This document shows, piece after piece, positions 25,101 to 36,844 of a stretch of 64,000 bases of DNA. The notes beneath the pieces were generated by a model. The model was not told the origin of the DNA and ran no database searches. It saw only the letters and a program-made list of their open reading frames with translations. The position numbers and the translations under genes were made by a program. Position 1 is the first letter of the stretch. Every line of letters starts with the position of its first letter. Source of the DNA: the human T2T-CHM13v2.0 reference genome, Homo sapiens; NCBI RefSeq assembly GCF_009914755.1, contig NC_060939.1. The stretch is one strand, 5' to 3'.

Positions 25101-28100
25101 CTGCCTACAGAGGTTATTGTGAAATATCTCTGCCCTGATAAACTAGGTGGTGTAAACCTTGTCCAAGCTCTGCCTACAGGGGCGTTTCCACATATCCCTG
25201 AACTGATGACAAAGGTGATGTAACTCTTGCCTAGGCTTTGCCTACAGGGAACATTGGACATATAAATGCACTGATCACCCAGGTGATGCAACTCTTGCCT
25301 AGGCTTTGCCTACAGGGGACATCGTGACATATCTCTTCAATGATCACTCATGTGATGCATCTCTTGCCTAGGCTTTGCCTACAGGGGACATTGTGACATA
25401 TCTCTGCACTGATCTCCCAGGTGCTGTAACTTTAGTCTAGGCTCTGGCTACACGGCATTGTGACATATCAATGCACTGATCAACCAGGTGATATAACCCT
25501 TTTATAGGTTTCTGCCTACAGGGGGATTGTGAACTACCACTGCACTGATCACCCAGGTGATATAACTCTTCTCTAGGATCTGCCTACAGGGTACTTTGTG
25601 ACATATCCCTGCACTGATCACCCAGGTGATCTAACTCTGGTCTAAGCTCTGCCTAAAGGGGCATTGTGACAGATCTCTGCACTGATCACTCTGGTGATGT
25701 AAGTATTGTCTAGGCTCTGCTTCAAGGGGCCTTGTCACATATCTCTGCACTGATCACCCAGGTGATGTAACTCTTGTCTAGGCTCTGCTTCCAGGGCATA
25801 TTGTGACATATCTATGCACTGATCACCTTAGTGATGTAACACTTTGGTAGGCTCGGCCTACAGGGGAATCTTGACATATCTCTGCACTGTTAACCGAGGT
25901 GATTTAACTCTTGTCTAGGCTGTGCCCACAGGGGGATTGAGACATATCTCTGCACTGATCCCGAGGTGATACAACTCTTGCCTGGTCTCTGCCTACTGTG
26001 GACATTGAGACATATCTCTGCACTGATCTCCCAGGTGCTGTAACTTTAGTCTAGGCTCTGGCTACACGGCATTGTGACATATCACTGCACTGATCACCCA
26101 GGCGATATAACTCTTCTCTAGGATCTGACCACAGGGTGCTTTGTGACATCTCCCTGCAATGATCACCCAGGTGATATACCACTTGCCAAGGCTCTGCCTA
26201 CAGGGGCATTGCAATGTATCTCTGCACTGATCACCTAGGTCTTGTAGCTATTTTCTAGGATCTGCCTACAGGGTGCTTTGTGACGTGTCCCAGCAAGGAT
26301 TACCCAGGTGATGTACCTCTCATCAAGGCTCTGCCTACAGGCACATTGTGATGTATCTCTGCACTGATCACCTAGGTCATGTAACTTTTTCCTAGGCTCT
26401 ACCTATGATGGCATTGTGACATATCTCTGCACTAATCATCCAAGTGATGTAACTCTTGTCTAGGATGTGCCTAAATTAACTTTTTGACATAACCCTGTAC
26501 TGATCATCCAGGTGATGGAGATTTTGTCTAGGCTCTGCCTAAGGGGACATTGTGACATATTTCTGCATTGATCACCCAGGTGGCGAACTCTTCTCTCGGA
26601 TCTGCCTATGGGGGCATTGTGAGAAATCTCTGCACTGATCACTCAGGTGATGTAACTGTTGTGTAACCTCTGCCTACAGGGGAATTGTGAGAGATCTCGG
26701 CAATGATTACACAAGGGATGTAACCGTTGTCTAGGCTTTGCATACAGGGGGCTTTGTGACATACCTTTGCACTGATCACCCAGGTGATGTAACACATCTA
26801 AGTTCGGCCTAAAGGAGCTTTGTGACATATCTCTGCACTGATCACTTAGGTGATGTAACACTTTTATAATCACTGCCTACAGGGAATTTTGACAAATCTC
26901 TGCACTGATCACCTAGGTGATGTAACACTTGTCTACCCTCTGTCCAACGGGGCATTGTGAAATATCTCTGCACTGATCACCCAGGTGATTCAACTCTTGA
27001 CTAGGAACTGCCTACAGAGGTTATTGTGAAATATCTCTGCACTGATAAACTAGGTGGTGTAAACCTTGTCCAAACTCTGCCTACAGGGGCGTTTCCACAT
27101 ATCCCTGAACTGATGACAAAGGTGATGTAACTCTTGCCTAGGCTTTGCCTACAGGGAACATTGGACATATATCTGCACTGATCACCCAGGTGATGCAACT
27201 CTTGCCTTGGCTTTGCCTACAGGGGACATCGTGACATATCTCTTCAATGATCTCTCATGTGATGCATCTCTTGCCTAGGCTTTGCCTACAGGGGACATTG
27301 TGACATATCTCTGCACTGATCTCCCAGGTGCTGTAACTTTAGTCTAGGCTCTGGCTACACGGCATTGTGACATATCACTGCACTGATCAACCAGGTGATA
27401 TAACTCTTGTATAGGCTCTGCCTACAGGGGGATTGTGACCTACCTCTGCATTGATCACCCAGGTGATATAACTCTTCTCTAGGATCTGCTTACAGGGTAC
27501 TTTGTGACATATCCCTGCACTGATCACCCAGGTGATCTAACTCTGGTCTAAGCTCTGCCTAAAGGGGCATTGTGACAGATCTCTGCACTGATAACTCTGG
27601 TGATGTAAGTATTTTCTAGGCTCTGCTTCAAGGGGCCTTGTCACATATCTCTGCACTGATCACCCAGGTGATGTAACTCTTGTCTAGGCTCTGCTTCCAG
27701 GGCATATTGTGACATATCTATGCACTGATCACCTTAGTGATGTAACACTTTGGTAGGCTCGGCCTACAGGGGAATCTTGACATATCTCTGCACTGTTAAC
27801 CGAGGTGATTTAACTCTTGTCTAGGCTGTGCCCACAGGGGGATTGAGACATATCTCTGCACTGATCCCGAGGTGATACAACTCTTGCCTGGTCTCTGCCT
27901 ACTGTGTACATTGTGACATATCTCTGCACTGATCTCAAAGGTGCTGTAACTTTAGTCTAGGCTCTGGCTACACGGCATTGTGACATATCACTGCACTGAT
28001 CACCCAGGAGATATAACTCTTCTCTAGGATCTGACCACAGGGTGCTTTGTGACATATCCCTGCAATGATCACCCAGGTGATATACCACTTGCCAAGGCTC

Positions 28101-29600
28101 TGCCTACAGGGGCATTGCAATGTATCTCTGCACTGATCACCTAGGTCTTGTAGCTATTTTCTAGGATCTGCCTACAGGGTGCTTTGTGACGTGTCCCAGC
28201 AAGGATTACCCAGGTGATGTACCTCTCATCAAGGCTCTGCCTACAGGCACATTGTGATGTATCTCTGCACTGATCACCTAGGTCATTTAACTTTTTTCTA
28301 GGCTCTACCTACGATGGCATTGTGACATATCTCTGCACTAATCATCCAAATGATGTAACACTTGTCTAGGATGTGCCTAAATTAACTTTTTGACATAACC
28401 CTGTACTGATCATCCAGGTGATGGAGCTTTTGTCTAGGCTCTGCCTAAGGGGGCATTGTGACATATTTCTGCATTGATCACCCAGGTGGCGAACTCTTCT
28501 CTCGGGTCTGCCTATGGGGGCATTGTGAGAAATCTCTGCACTGATAACCCAGGTGATGTAACTGTTGTGTAACCTCTGCCTACAGGGGAATTGTGAGAGA
28601 TCTCGTCACTGATTACCCAAGTGATGTAACCGTTGTCTAGGCTTTGCATACAGGGGGCTTTGTGACATACCTTTGCACTGATCACCCAGGTGATGTAACA
28701 CATCTAAGTTCGGGCTAAAGGAGCTTTGTGACATATCTCTGCACTGATCACTTAGGTGATGTAACACTTTTATAATCACTGCCTACAGGGAATTTTGACA
28801 AATCTCTGCACTGATCACCTAGGTGATGTAACTCTTGTCTACCCTCTGTGCAACGGGGCCTTGTGAAATATCTCTGCACTGATCACCCAGGTGATTCAAC
28901 TCTTGACTAGGAACTGCCTACAGAGGTTATTGTGAAATATCTCTGCACTGATAAACTAGGTGGTGTAAACCTTGTCCAAGCTCTGCCTACAGGGGCGTTT
29001 CCACATATCCCTGAACTGATGACAAAGGTGATGTAACTCTTGCCTAGGCTTTGCCTACAGGGAACATTGGACATATAAATGCACTGATCACCCAGGTGAT
29101 GCAACTCTTGCCTAGGCTTTGCCTACAGGGGACATCGTGACATATCTCTTCAATGATCACTCATGTGATGCATCTCTTGCCTAGGCTTTGCCTACAGGGG
29201 ACATTGTGACATATCTCTGCACTGATCTCCCAGGTGCTGTAACTTTAGTCTAGGCTCTGGCTACACGGCATTGTGACATATCAATGCACTGATCAACCAG
29301 GTGATATAACTCTTTTATAGGTTTCTGCCTACAGGGGGATTGTGAACTACCACTGCACTGATCACCCAGGTGATATAACTCTTCTCTAGGATCTGCCTAC
29401 AGGGTACTTTGTGACATATCCCTGCACTGATCACCCAGGTGATCTAACTCTGGTCTAAGCTCTGCCTAAAGGGGCATTGTGACAGATCTCTGCACTGATC
29501 ACTCTGGTGATGTAAGTATTGTCTAGGCTCTGCTTCAAGGGGCCTTGTCACATATCTCTGCACTGATCACCCAGGTGATGTAACTCTTGTCTAGGCTCTG
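22150..29600 (+). repeat. Older, more diverged 2-HOR duplication, period 3812-3813 bp
   Basis: Shared variants: GATCTCGGCAATG (~22881/~26693), CAAACTCTGC (~23259/~27071), TATAAATGCA (~25261/~29074), TTTATAGGTTTCTG (~25501/~29314). ORF pairs 24699/28512 and 25094/28907 agree. Boundaries are approximate. Confidence 0.75.
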
Positions 29601-30787
29601 ATTCCAGGGCATATTGTGACATATCTATGCACTGATCACCTTAGTGATGTAACACTTTTGTAGGCTCGGCCTACAGGGGAATCTTGTCATATCTCTGCAG
29701 TGTTAACCGAGGTGATTTAACTCTTGTCTAGGCTGTGCCCACAGGGGGATTGAGACATATCTCTGCAATGATCCCGAGGTGATACAACTCTTGCCTGGTC
29801 TCTGCCTACTGTGGACATTGTGACATATCTCTGCACTGATCTCCCAGGTGCTGTAACTTTACTCTAGGCTCTGGCTACACGGCATTGTGACATATCACTG
29901 CACTGATCACCCAGGCGATATATCTCTTCTCTAGGATCTGACCACAGGGTGCTTTGTGACATATCCCTGCAATGATCACCCAGGTGATATACCACTTGCC
30001 AAGGCTCTGCCTACAGGGGCATTGCAATGTATCTCTGCACTGATCACCTAGGTCTTGTAGCTATTTTCTAGGATCTGCCTACAGGGTGCTTTGTGACGTG
30101 TCCCAGCAAGGATTACCCAGGTGATGTACCTCTCATCAAGGCTCTGCCTACAGGCACATTGTGATGTATCTCTGCACTGATCACCTCGGTCATGTAACTT
30201 TTTTCTAGGCTCTACCTACGATGGCATTGTGACATATCTCTGCACTAATCATCCAAGAGATGTAACTCTTGTCTAGGATGTGCCTAAATTAACTTTTTGA
30301 CATAACCCTGTACTGATCATCCAGGTCATGGAGCTTTTGTCTAGGCTCTGCCTAAGGGGGCATTGTGACATATTTCTGCATTGATCACCCAGGTGGCGAA
30401 CTCTTCTCTCGGATCTGCCTATGGGGGCATTGTGAGAAATCTCTGCACTGATCACCCAGGTGATGTAACTGTTGTGTAACCTCTGCCTACAGGGGAATTG
30501 TGAGAGATCTCGTCACTCATTACCCAAGTGATGTAACCATTGTCTAGTCTTTGCGTACAGGGGGCTTTGTGACATACCTTTGCACTGATCACCCAGGTGA
30601 TGTAACACATCTAAGTTCGGCCTAAAGGAGCTTTGTGACATATCTCTGCACTGATCACTTAGGTGATGTAACACTTTTATAATCACTGCCTACAGGGAAT
30701 TTTGACAAATCTCTGCACTGATCACCTAGGTGATGTAACTCTTGTCTACCCTCTGTCCAACGGGGCATTGTGAAATATCTCTGCACT

Positions 30788-33700
30788 GATCACCCAGGTG
30801 ATTCAACTCTTGACTAGGAACTGCCTACAGAGGTTATTGTGAAATATCTCTGCACTGATAAACTAGGTGGTGTAACCCTTGTCCAAGCTCTGCCTACAGG
30901 GGCATTTCCACATATCCCTGAACTGATGACAAAGGTGATGTAATTCTTGCCTAGGCTTTGCCTACAGGGAACATTGGACATATATCTGCACTGATCACCC
31001 AGGTGATGCAACTCTTGCCTAGGCTTTGCCTACAGGGGACATTGTGACATATCTCTTCAATGATCACTCATGTGATGTATCTCTTGCCTAGGCTTTGCCT
31101 ACAGGGGACCTTGTGACATATCTCTGCACTGATCTCCCAGGTGCTGTAACTTTAGTCTAGGCTCTGGCTACACGGCATTGTGACCTACCTCTGCACTGAT
31201 CACCCAGGTGATATAACTCTTCTCTAGGATCTGCCTACAGGGTACTTTGTGACATATCCCTGCACAGATCACCCAGGTGATTTAACTCTGGTCTAAGCTC
31301 TCCCTAAGGGGCACTGTGACAGATCTCTGCACTGATCACTCTGGTGATGTAAGTATTGTCTAGGCTCTGCTTCAAGGGGCCTTGTCACATATCTCTGCAC
31401 TGATCACCCAGGTGATGTAACTCTTGTCTAGGCTCTGCTTCCAGGGCATATTGTGACATATCTATGCACTGATCACCTTAGTGATGTAACACTTTGGTAG
31501 GCTCGGCCTACAGGGGAATCTTGACATATCTCTGCACTGTTAACCGAGGTGATTTAACTCTTGTCTAGGCTGTGCCCACAGGGGGATTGAGACATATCTC
31601 TTCACTGATCCCGAGGTGATACAACACTTGTCTGGTCTCTGCCTACTGTGGACATTGGGACATATCTCTGCACTGATCTCCCAGGTGCTGTAACTTTAGT
31701 CTAGGCTCTGGCTACACGGCATTGTGACATATCACTGCACTGATCACCCAGGCGATATAACTCTTCTCTAGGATCTGACCACAGGGTGTTTTGTGACATA
31801 TCACTGCAATGATCACCCAGGTGATATACCACTTGCCGAGGCTCTGCCTACAGGGGCATTGCAATGTATCTCTGCACTGATCACCTAGGTCTTGTAGCTA
31901 TTTTCTAGGATCTGCCTACAGGGTGCTTTGTGACGTGTCCCAGCAAGGATTACCCAGGTGATGTACCTCTCATCAAGGCTCTGCCTACAGGCACATTGTG
32001 ATGTATCTCTGCACTGATCACCTCGGTCATGTAACTTTTTTCTAGGCTCTACCTACGATGGCATTGTGACATATCTCTGCACTAATCATCCAAGTGATGT
32101 AACACTTGTCTAGGATGTGCCTAAATTAACTTTTTGACATAACCCTGTACTGATCATCCAGGTGATGGAGCTTTTGTCTAGGCTCTGCCTAAAGGGGCAT
32201 TGTGACATATTTCTGCATTGATCACCCAGGTGGCGAACTCTTCTCTCGGATCTGCCTATGGGGGCATTGTGAAAAATCTCTCCACTGATCACCCAGGTGA
32301 TGTAACTGTTGTGTAACCTCTGCCTACATGGGAATTGTGAGAGATTTCGTCACTGATTACCCAAGTGATGTAACCATTGTCTAGGCTTTGCGTACAGGGG
32401 GCTTTGTGACATACCTTTGCACTGATCACCCAGGTGATGTAACACATCTAAGTTCGGCCTAAAGGAGCTTTGTGACATATCTCTGCACTGATCACTTAGG
32501 TGATGTAACACTTTTATAATCACTGCCTACAGGGAATTTTGACAAATCTCTGCACTGCTCACCTAGGTGATGTAACCCTTGTCTACCCTCTGTCCAACGG
32601 GGCATTGTGAAATATCTCTGCACTGATCACCCAGGTGATTCAACTCTTGACTAGGAACTGCCTACAGAGGTTATTGTGAAATATCTCTGTACTGATAAAC
32701 TAGGTGGTGTAACCCTTGTCCAAGCTCTGCCTACAGGGTCGTTTCCACATATCCCTGAACTGATGACAAAGTTGATGTAACTCTTGCCTAGGCTTTGCCT
32801 ACAGGGAACATTGGACATATATCTGCACTGATCACCCAGGTGATGCAACTCTTGCCTAGGCTTTGCCTACAGGGGACATTGTGACATATCTCTTCAATGA
32901 TCACTCATGTGATGCATCTCTTGCCTAGGGTTTGCCTACAGGGGACATTGTGACATATCTCTGCACTGATCTCCCAGGTGCTGTAACTTTAGTCTAGGCT
33001 CTGGCTACACGGCATTGTGACCTACCTCTGCACTGATCACCCAGGTGATATAACTCTTCTCTAGGATCTGCCTACAGGGTACTTTGTGACATATCCCTGC
33101 ACTGATCACCCAGGTGATCTAACTCTGGTCTAAGCTCTGCCTAAAGGGGCATTGTGACAGATCTCTGCACTGATCACTCTGGTGATGTAAGTATTGTCTA
33201 GGCTCTGCTTCAAGGGGCCTTGTCACATATCTCTGCACTGATCACCCAGGTGATGTAACTCTTGTCTAGGCTCTGCTTCCAGGGCATATTGTGACATATC
33301 TATGCACTGATCACCTTAGTGATGTAACACTTTGGTAGGCTCGGCCTACAGGGGAATCTTGACATATCTCTGCACTGTTAACCGAGGTGATTTAACTCTT
33401 GTCTAGGCTGTGCCCACAGGGGGATTGAGACATATCTCTGCACTGATCCCGAGGTGATACAACTCTTGCCTGGTCTCTGCCTACTGTGGACATTGGGACA
33501 TATCTCTGCACTGATCTCCCAGGTGCTGTAACTTTAGTCTAGGGTCTGGCTACACGGCATTGTGACATATCACTGCACTGATCACCCAGGCGATATAACT
33601 CTTCTCTAGGATCTGACCACAGGGTGTTTTGTGACATATCCCTGCAATGATCACCCAGGTGATATACCACTTGCCGAGGCTCTGCCTACAGGGGCATTGC

Positions 33701-34462
33701 AATGTATCTCTGCACTGATCACCTAGGTCTTGTAGCTATTTTGTAGGATCTGCCTACAGGGTGCTTTGTGACGTGTCCCAGCAAGGATTACCCAGGTGAT
33801 GTACCTCTCATCAAGGCTCTGCCTACAGGCACATTGTGATGTATCTCTGCACTGATCACCTCGGTCATGTAACTTTTTTCTAGGCTCTACCTACGATGGC
33901 ATTGTGACATATCTCTGCACTAATCATCCAAGTGATGTAACTCTTGTCTAGGATGTGCCTAAATTAACTTTTTGACATAACCCTGTACTGATCATCCAGG
34001 TGATGGAGCTTTTGTCTAGGCTCTGCCTAAAGGGGCATTGTGACATATTTCTGCATTGATCACCCAGGTGGCGAACTCTTCTCTCGGATCTGCCTATGGG
34101 GGCATTCTGAGAAATCTCTCCACTGATCACCCAGGTGATGTAACTGTTGTGTAACCTCTGCCTACATGGGAATTGTGAGAGATTTCGTCACTGATTACCC
34201 AAGTGAGGTAACCATTGTCTATGCTTTGCGTACAGGGGGCTTTGTGACATACCTTTGCACTGATCACCCAGGTGATGTAACACATCTAAGTTCGGCCTAA
34301 AGGAGCTTTGTGACATATCTCTGCACTGATCACTTAGGTGATGTAACACTTTTATAATCACTGCCTACAGGGAATTTTGACAAATCTCTGCACTGCTCAC
34401 CTAGGTGATGTAACCCTTGTCTACCCTCTGTCCAACGGGGCATTGTGAAATATCTCTGCACT
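30788..34462 (+). repeat. Two 27-mer HOR variants (1837 and 1838 bp) with an m6/m7 fusion
   Basis: HOR starts at 30788, 32625 and 34463. The hybrid monomer ...GGCTACACGGCATTGTGACCTACCTCTGCACT lies at 31131-31197 and 32968-33034, and the GATCAACCAGG...GTATAGG part of m7 is missing. Confidence 0.92.
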
Positions 34463-36844
34463 GATCACCCAGGTGATTCAACTCTTGACTAGGAACTGCC
34501 TACAGAGGTTATTGTGAAATATCTCTGTACTGATAAACTAGGTGGTGTAACCCTTGTCCAAGCTCTGCCTACAGGGTCGTTTCCACATATCCCTGAACTG
34601 ATGACAAAGTTGATGTAACTCTTGCCTAGGCTTTGCCTACAGGGAACATTGGACATATATCTGCACTGATCACCCAGGTGATGCAACTCTTGCCTAGGCT
34701 TTGCCTACAGGGGACATTGTGACATATCTCTGCACTGATCTCCCAGGTGCTGTAACTTTAGTCTAGGCTCTGGCTACACGGCATTGTGACCTACCTCTGC
34801 ACTGATCACCCAGGTGATATAACTCTTCTCTAGGATCTGCCTACAGGGTACTTTGTGACATATCCCTGCACTGATCACCCAGGTGATCTAACTCTGGTCT
34901 AAGCTCTGCCTAAAGGGGCATTGTGACAGATCTCTGCACTGATCACTCTGGTGATGTAAGTATTGTCTAGGCTCTGCTTCAAGGGGCCTTGTCACATATC
35001 TCTGCACTGATCACCCAGGTGATGTAACTCTTGTCTAGGCTCTGCTTCCAGGGCATATTGTGACATATCTATGCACTGATCACCTTAGTGATGTAACACT
35101 TTGGTAGGCTCGGCCTACAGGGGAATCTTGACATATCTCTGCACTGTTAACCGAGGTGATTTAACTCTTGTCTAGGCTGTGCCCACAGGGGGATTGAGAC
35201 ATATCTCTGCACTGATCCCGAGGTGATACAACTCTTGCCTTGTCTCTGCCTACTGTGGACATTGTGACATATCTCTGCACTGATCTCCCAGGTGCTGTAA
35301 CTTTAGTCTAGGCTCTGGCTACACGGCATTGTGACATATCACTGCACTGATCAACCAGGTGATATAACTCTTGTATAGGCTCTGCCTACAGGGGGATTGT
35401 GACCTACCTCTGCACTGATCACCCAGGTGATACAACTCTTCTCTAGGATCTGCCTACAAGGTACTTTGTGACATATCCCTGCACTGATCACCCAGGTGAT
35501 CTAACTCTGGTCTAAGCTCTGCCTAAAGGGGCATTGTGACAGATCTCTGCACTGATCACTCTGGTGATGTAAGGATTGTCTAGGCTCTGCTTCAAGGGGC
35601 CTTGTCACATATCTCTGCACTGATCACTCAGGTGATGTAACTCTTGTTTAGGCTCTGCTTCGAGGGCATATTGTGACATATCTATGCACTGATCACCTTA
35701 GTGATGTAACACTTTCGTAGGCTCGGTCTACAGGGGAATCTTGACATATCTCTGCACTGTTAACCGAGGTGATTTAACTCTTGTCTAGGCTGTGCCCACA
35801 GGGGGATTGAGACATATCTCTGCACTAATCCCGAGGTGATACAACTCTTGCCTGGCCTCTGCCTACTGTGGACATTGTGACATAACTCTGCACTGATCTC
35901 CCAGGTGCTGTAACTTTAGTCTAGGCTCTGGCTACACGGCATTGTGACATATCACTGCACTGATCACCCAGGCGATATAACTCTCCTCTAGGATCTGACC
36001 ACAGGGTGCTTTGTGACATATCCCTGCAATGATCACCCAGGTGATATACCACTTGCCAAGGCTCTGCCTACAGGGGCATTACAATGTATCTCTGCACTGA
36101 TCACCTAGGTCTTGTAGCTATTTTCTATGATCTGCCTACAGGGTGCTTTGTGACGTGTCCCAGCAAGGATTACCCAGGTGATGTACCTCTCATCAAGTCC
36201 CTGCCTACAGGCACATTGTGATGTATCTCTGTACTGATCACCTCGGTCATGTAAATTTTTTCTAGGCTCTACCAACGATGGCATTCTGACATATCTCTGC
36301 ACTAATCATCCAAGTGATGTAACTCTTGTCTAGGATGTGCCTAAATTAACTTTTTGACATAACCCTGTACTGATCATCCAGGTGATGGAGCTTTTGTCTA
36401 GGCTCTGCCTAAGGGGGCATTGTGACATATTTCTGCATTGATCACCCAGGTGGCGAACTCTACTCTCGGATCTGCCTATGGGGGCATTTTGAGAAATCTG
36501 TGCACTGATCACCCAGGTGATGTAACTGTTGTGTAACCTCTGTCTACAGGGGAATTGTGAGAGATCTCGCCACTGATTACCCAAGTGATGTAATCGTTGT
36601 CTAGGCTTTGCGTACAGGGGGCTTTGTGACATACCTTTGCACTGATCACCCAGGTGATGTAACACATCTAAGTTCGGCCTAAAGGAGCTTTGTGACATAT
36701 CTCTGCACTGATCGCTTAGGTGATGTAACACTTTTATAATCACTGGATACAGGGAATTTTGACAAACCTCTGCACTGGTAACCTAGGTGATGTAACTTTT
36801 GTCTACCCTCTGTCCAACGGGGCATTGTGAAATATCTCTGCACT
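34463..36844 (+). repeat. 35-mer HOR variant (2382 bp): two single-monomer deletions plus a 9-monomer (613 bp) internal duplication
   Basis: Order: m1-m3, m4/5 hybrid (34668), m6/7 hybrid (34737), m8-m15 (34804-35348), m7-m15 again (35349-35961), m16-m28. The arithmetic 1906-69-68+613=2382 equals the observed spacing. Confidence 0.92.

Larger units (their letters stand above)
292..30787 (+). repeat. 16 consecutive full-length 28-mer HOR copies (1905-1907 bp)
   Basis: HOR starts at 292, 2198, 4104, 6010, 7916, 9822, 11728, 13634, 15540, 17446, 19352, 21257, 23163, 25068, 26975, 28881; next start 30788. Only 1-bp indels change the length. Confidence 0.92.
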
